Origin: Rhodosorus marinus CCMP1338
Taxonomy: Eukaryota; Plantae; Rhodophyta
Length of the DNA: 64,000 bases
Direction of reading: 5' to 3'
Assembly (NCBI GenBank): GCA_029953675.1
Contig: JAMWBK010000008.1
Location: 434,001 to 498,000, forward strand
Positions 62,280 through 64,000 of the stretch are shown one piece after another (position 1 is the stretch's first letter; each line of letters opens with the position of its first letter). The translations under genes and the position numbers were made by a program. The notes below the pieces were generated by a model that saw only the letters and a program-made list of their open reading frames with translations, was not told where the DNA came from and searched no databases.

Positions 62280-62930
62280 TTAGAATTCAATATCAGAGTC
62301 TTCTTCTCCTTCGCCGGCTTGATCGACCGCATTGGCCAACTCAGTGCCATCACCCTCCACGGTATCCTCTTTCGCAGGATTATCCCCTTCCTGGTCTCCC
62401 ACTCGCTGCCTAACTAGTTCGAGTATTGAGCGCTGAGTTCTTCGCTCTAGCTTTTCTAGTTTGCTAGATAAGTCTCGTTTCAAATCCCAGTTTGGCTTCT
62501 TCGGAGCAAGTTTGTTCTACATAAGAGTTCGTTCGTTGGAGTCGACAGATGGATATCATAGTATTAAAACACAAAGACATGGTTTTCAGAAGTTGCATTT
62601 CGTCTGGAAAGTTTTGCGGCGCTATACGACTCACCAAATCCTTCGACGCGACCAGCAGTTTCTCATTACACTCCATGATGATCTTCTCCTGTGCAGATAA
62701 CACCTCTTGCACAATTTCCTCGGGATCCTTTGGCTTTTCGTAAACTTACATTAAAACAAATAAGAGACGATCAAAGAAAAGTAAATTTAGCAACCAAAAG
62801 AAAACACTTGATATATTAGCACCTCAGTCCATTGGGTTCTACACTCACGTTTCCTCAGGCCCTCGTCCCGCGGTAAATAAGTCCGAAATCTCAATCGCTT
62901 CGGCGGACTAGACTCCATAGCAGTAGACAT
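62280..62930 (-). CDS. CCDC12: Splicing factor Cwf18/CCDC12, spliced
   Basis: MSTAMESSPPKRLRFRTYLPRDEGLRK |..IAPQN|WDLKRDLSSKLEKLERRTQRSILELVRQRV. Confidence 0.9.
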
Positions 62931-63127
62931 TCCAGTTCAGCCAGAGGTAGGAAGATCCGTCTGCCTCGTCATTCCCCCCCATCCACTTCAAACCGTTTGC
63001 TACGAAGCACGAGAGCGTATGTCTCTTTTCCCGCTGGACATCTCCTCATTGTAAAAATCCGGAGAGGAAGCTCCATCGTTGTTACTTTTTGAGCTGGGGG
63101 GTTTGTCAAACTGCAGAGGCAGAACTG

Positions 63128-64000
63128 TCAGATGCAGTGTTGGGAGGAAAACGCTTCTGATACTTTCTCTGGAAGGTAATTTTCGACGAGAAAGTCGTCT
63201 CCGTATGCCTGGCATGGAAGATGTGGAAAGATTCGTTGAACTGTAGGATGCATTGTAGATATCGGGCTGCGTTTCTTTGGCTTTTAGAGGATCTTCCTTA
63301 CAGAAAGTGCCTCGAGCTCTAACTTCTGGGCCGATTCATGGAAGAAAGCGATCGCAGACTTGATTGCGTCTCTACCAGTCGTTACAAGTCTCTGATCCTG
63401 TTCGGGGGTTGTTTTGAGTTCAAAAAACTCGTCTGGTGGCGTTTCTGGTTAATGCATTCGTTTTCTTTGGTTCCATCCATACGCTGAAAAAGCTCTCCAG
63501 GCTCTTGACTAGCTGTTTCTCGCGCTCGGTGATGTGTAGCCAGAATTGACTGCCGAGATCTTGATGTTCTATGGGATTGACTCCGAGCCAGATTATCCTG
63601 CCGAGTTTCGGACATCTCTATCAGCAAAATAGTCACGATCGAAAACCGTTCTCCAGCCTGAACATACTGCGATCCAAGGAATGGCGGCATAAAACACCGT
63701 GCTATGTCGAGTCCATGCGGATCTCCATCCGTAAGGAGAAAGAAGGGAAGCCTGTGTCCTCTTCTCTCGGTCTCGTCCCTTATGAGTCTCAGGAGCTCCA
63801 ATGTGGAAACATTGGGATAGCCTTGCTTGGATGCAACAAAGGGAAACTGAGCAGACCGAAATCAATGAATCGACCAGACCTTCAGCAGCTAGTACCTTTG
63901 GCCGTGACAAGCACCGCTCCATGCTGCACGTCAAATCTTGATCTTGCTAACTTGACAAATATGGTTTCCTTCTCAACTATCTACTCGAGGTTCATGTTAT
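63128..64000 (-). CDS. SPO11: SPO11/TopoVI-A family protein, C-terminal toprim part; 5' end beyond the window
   Basis: Spliced: IVEKETIF..LVTAK|GYPNVST..FLLTDGDPHGLDIA..R|IIWLGVNP..; KLELEALS|AYGDDFLVENYLPEK. Confidence 0.85.

Overview
Gene-dense eukaryotic nuclear DNA with short GT-AG introns (about 50-240 nt). A unicellular red-algal origin is an inference from 'M..(A/G/C)FV' transit-peptide-like starts and intron style. About 22 protein genes can be reconstructed: eEF1B-gamma, a 908-aa PPR protein, mitochondrial uL15, PMM/PGM, an EF-hand protein, cytosolic GluRS, CNNM/DUF21-CBS, USP5/UBP14, GGACT, NDUFB7 (absent from the ORF track), ATP23, a GT71 mannosyltransferase, AMP deaminase, TRM6, inositol 2-dehydrogenase, HAUS5-like, a short RHD3/Sey1-like GTPase, CMC4, CCDC12/Cwf18, a partial SPO11 and a few orphans. 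Between them lie decayed transposons (Harbinger-like, Ty3/Gypsy, Ty1/Copia) and several 116-220 bp degenerate tandem arrays. The most unusual structures are two independent tail-to-tail inverted retroelement fragments, one a ~200-bp ~94%-identical foldback of a Gypsy integrase segment. No rRNA, tRNA or CRISPR array was found. Splice models were built by eye and no database searches were run, so family calls rest on recognised motifs.
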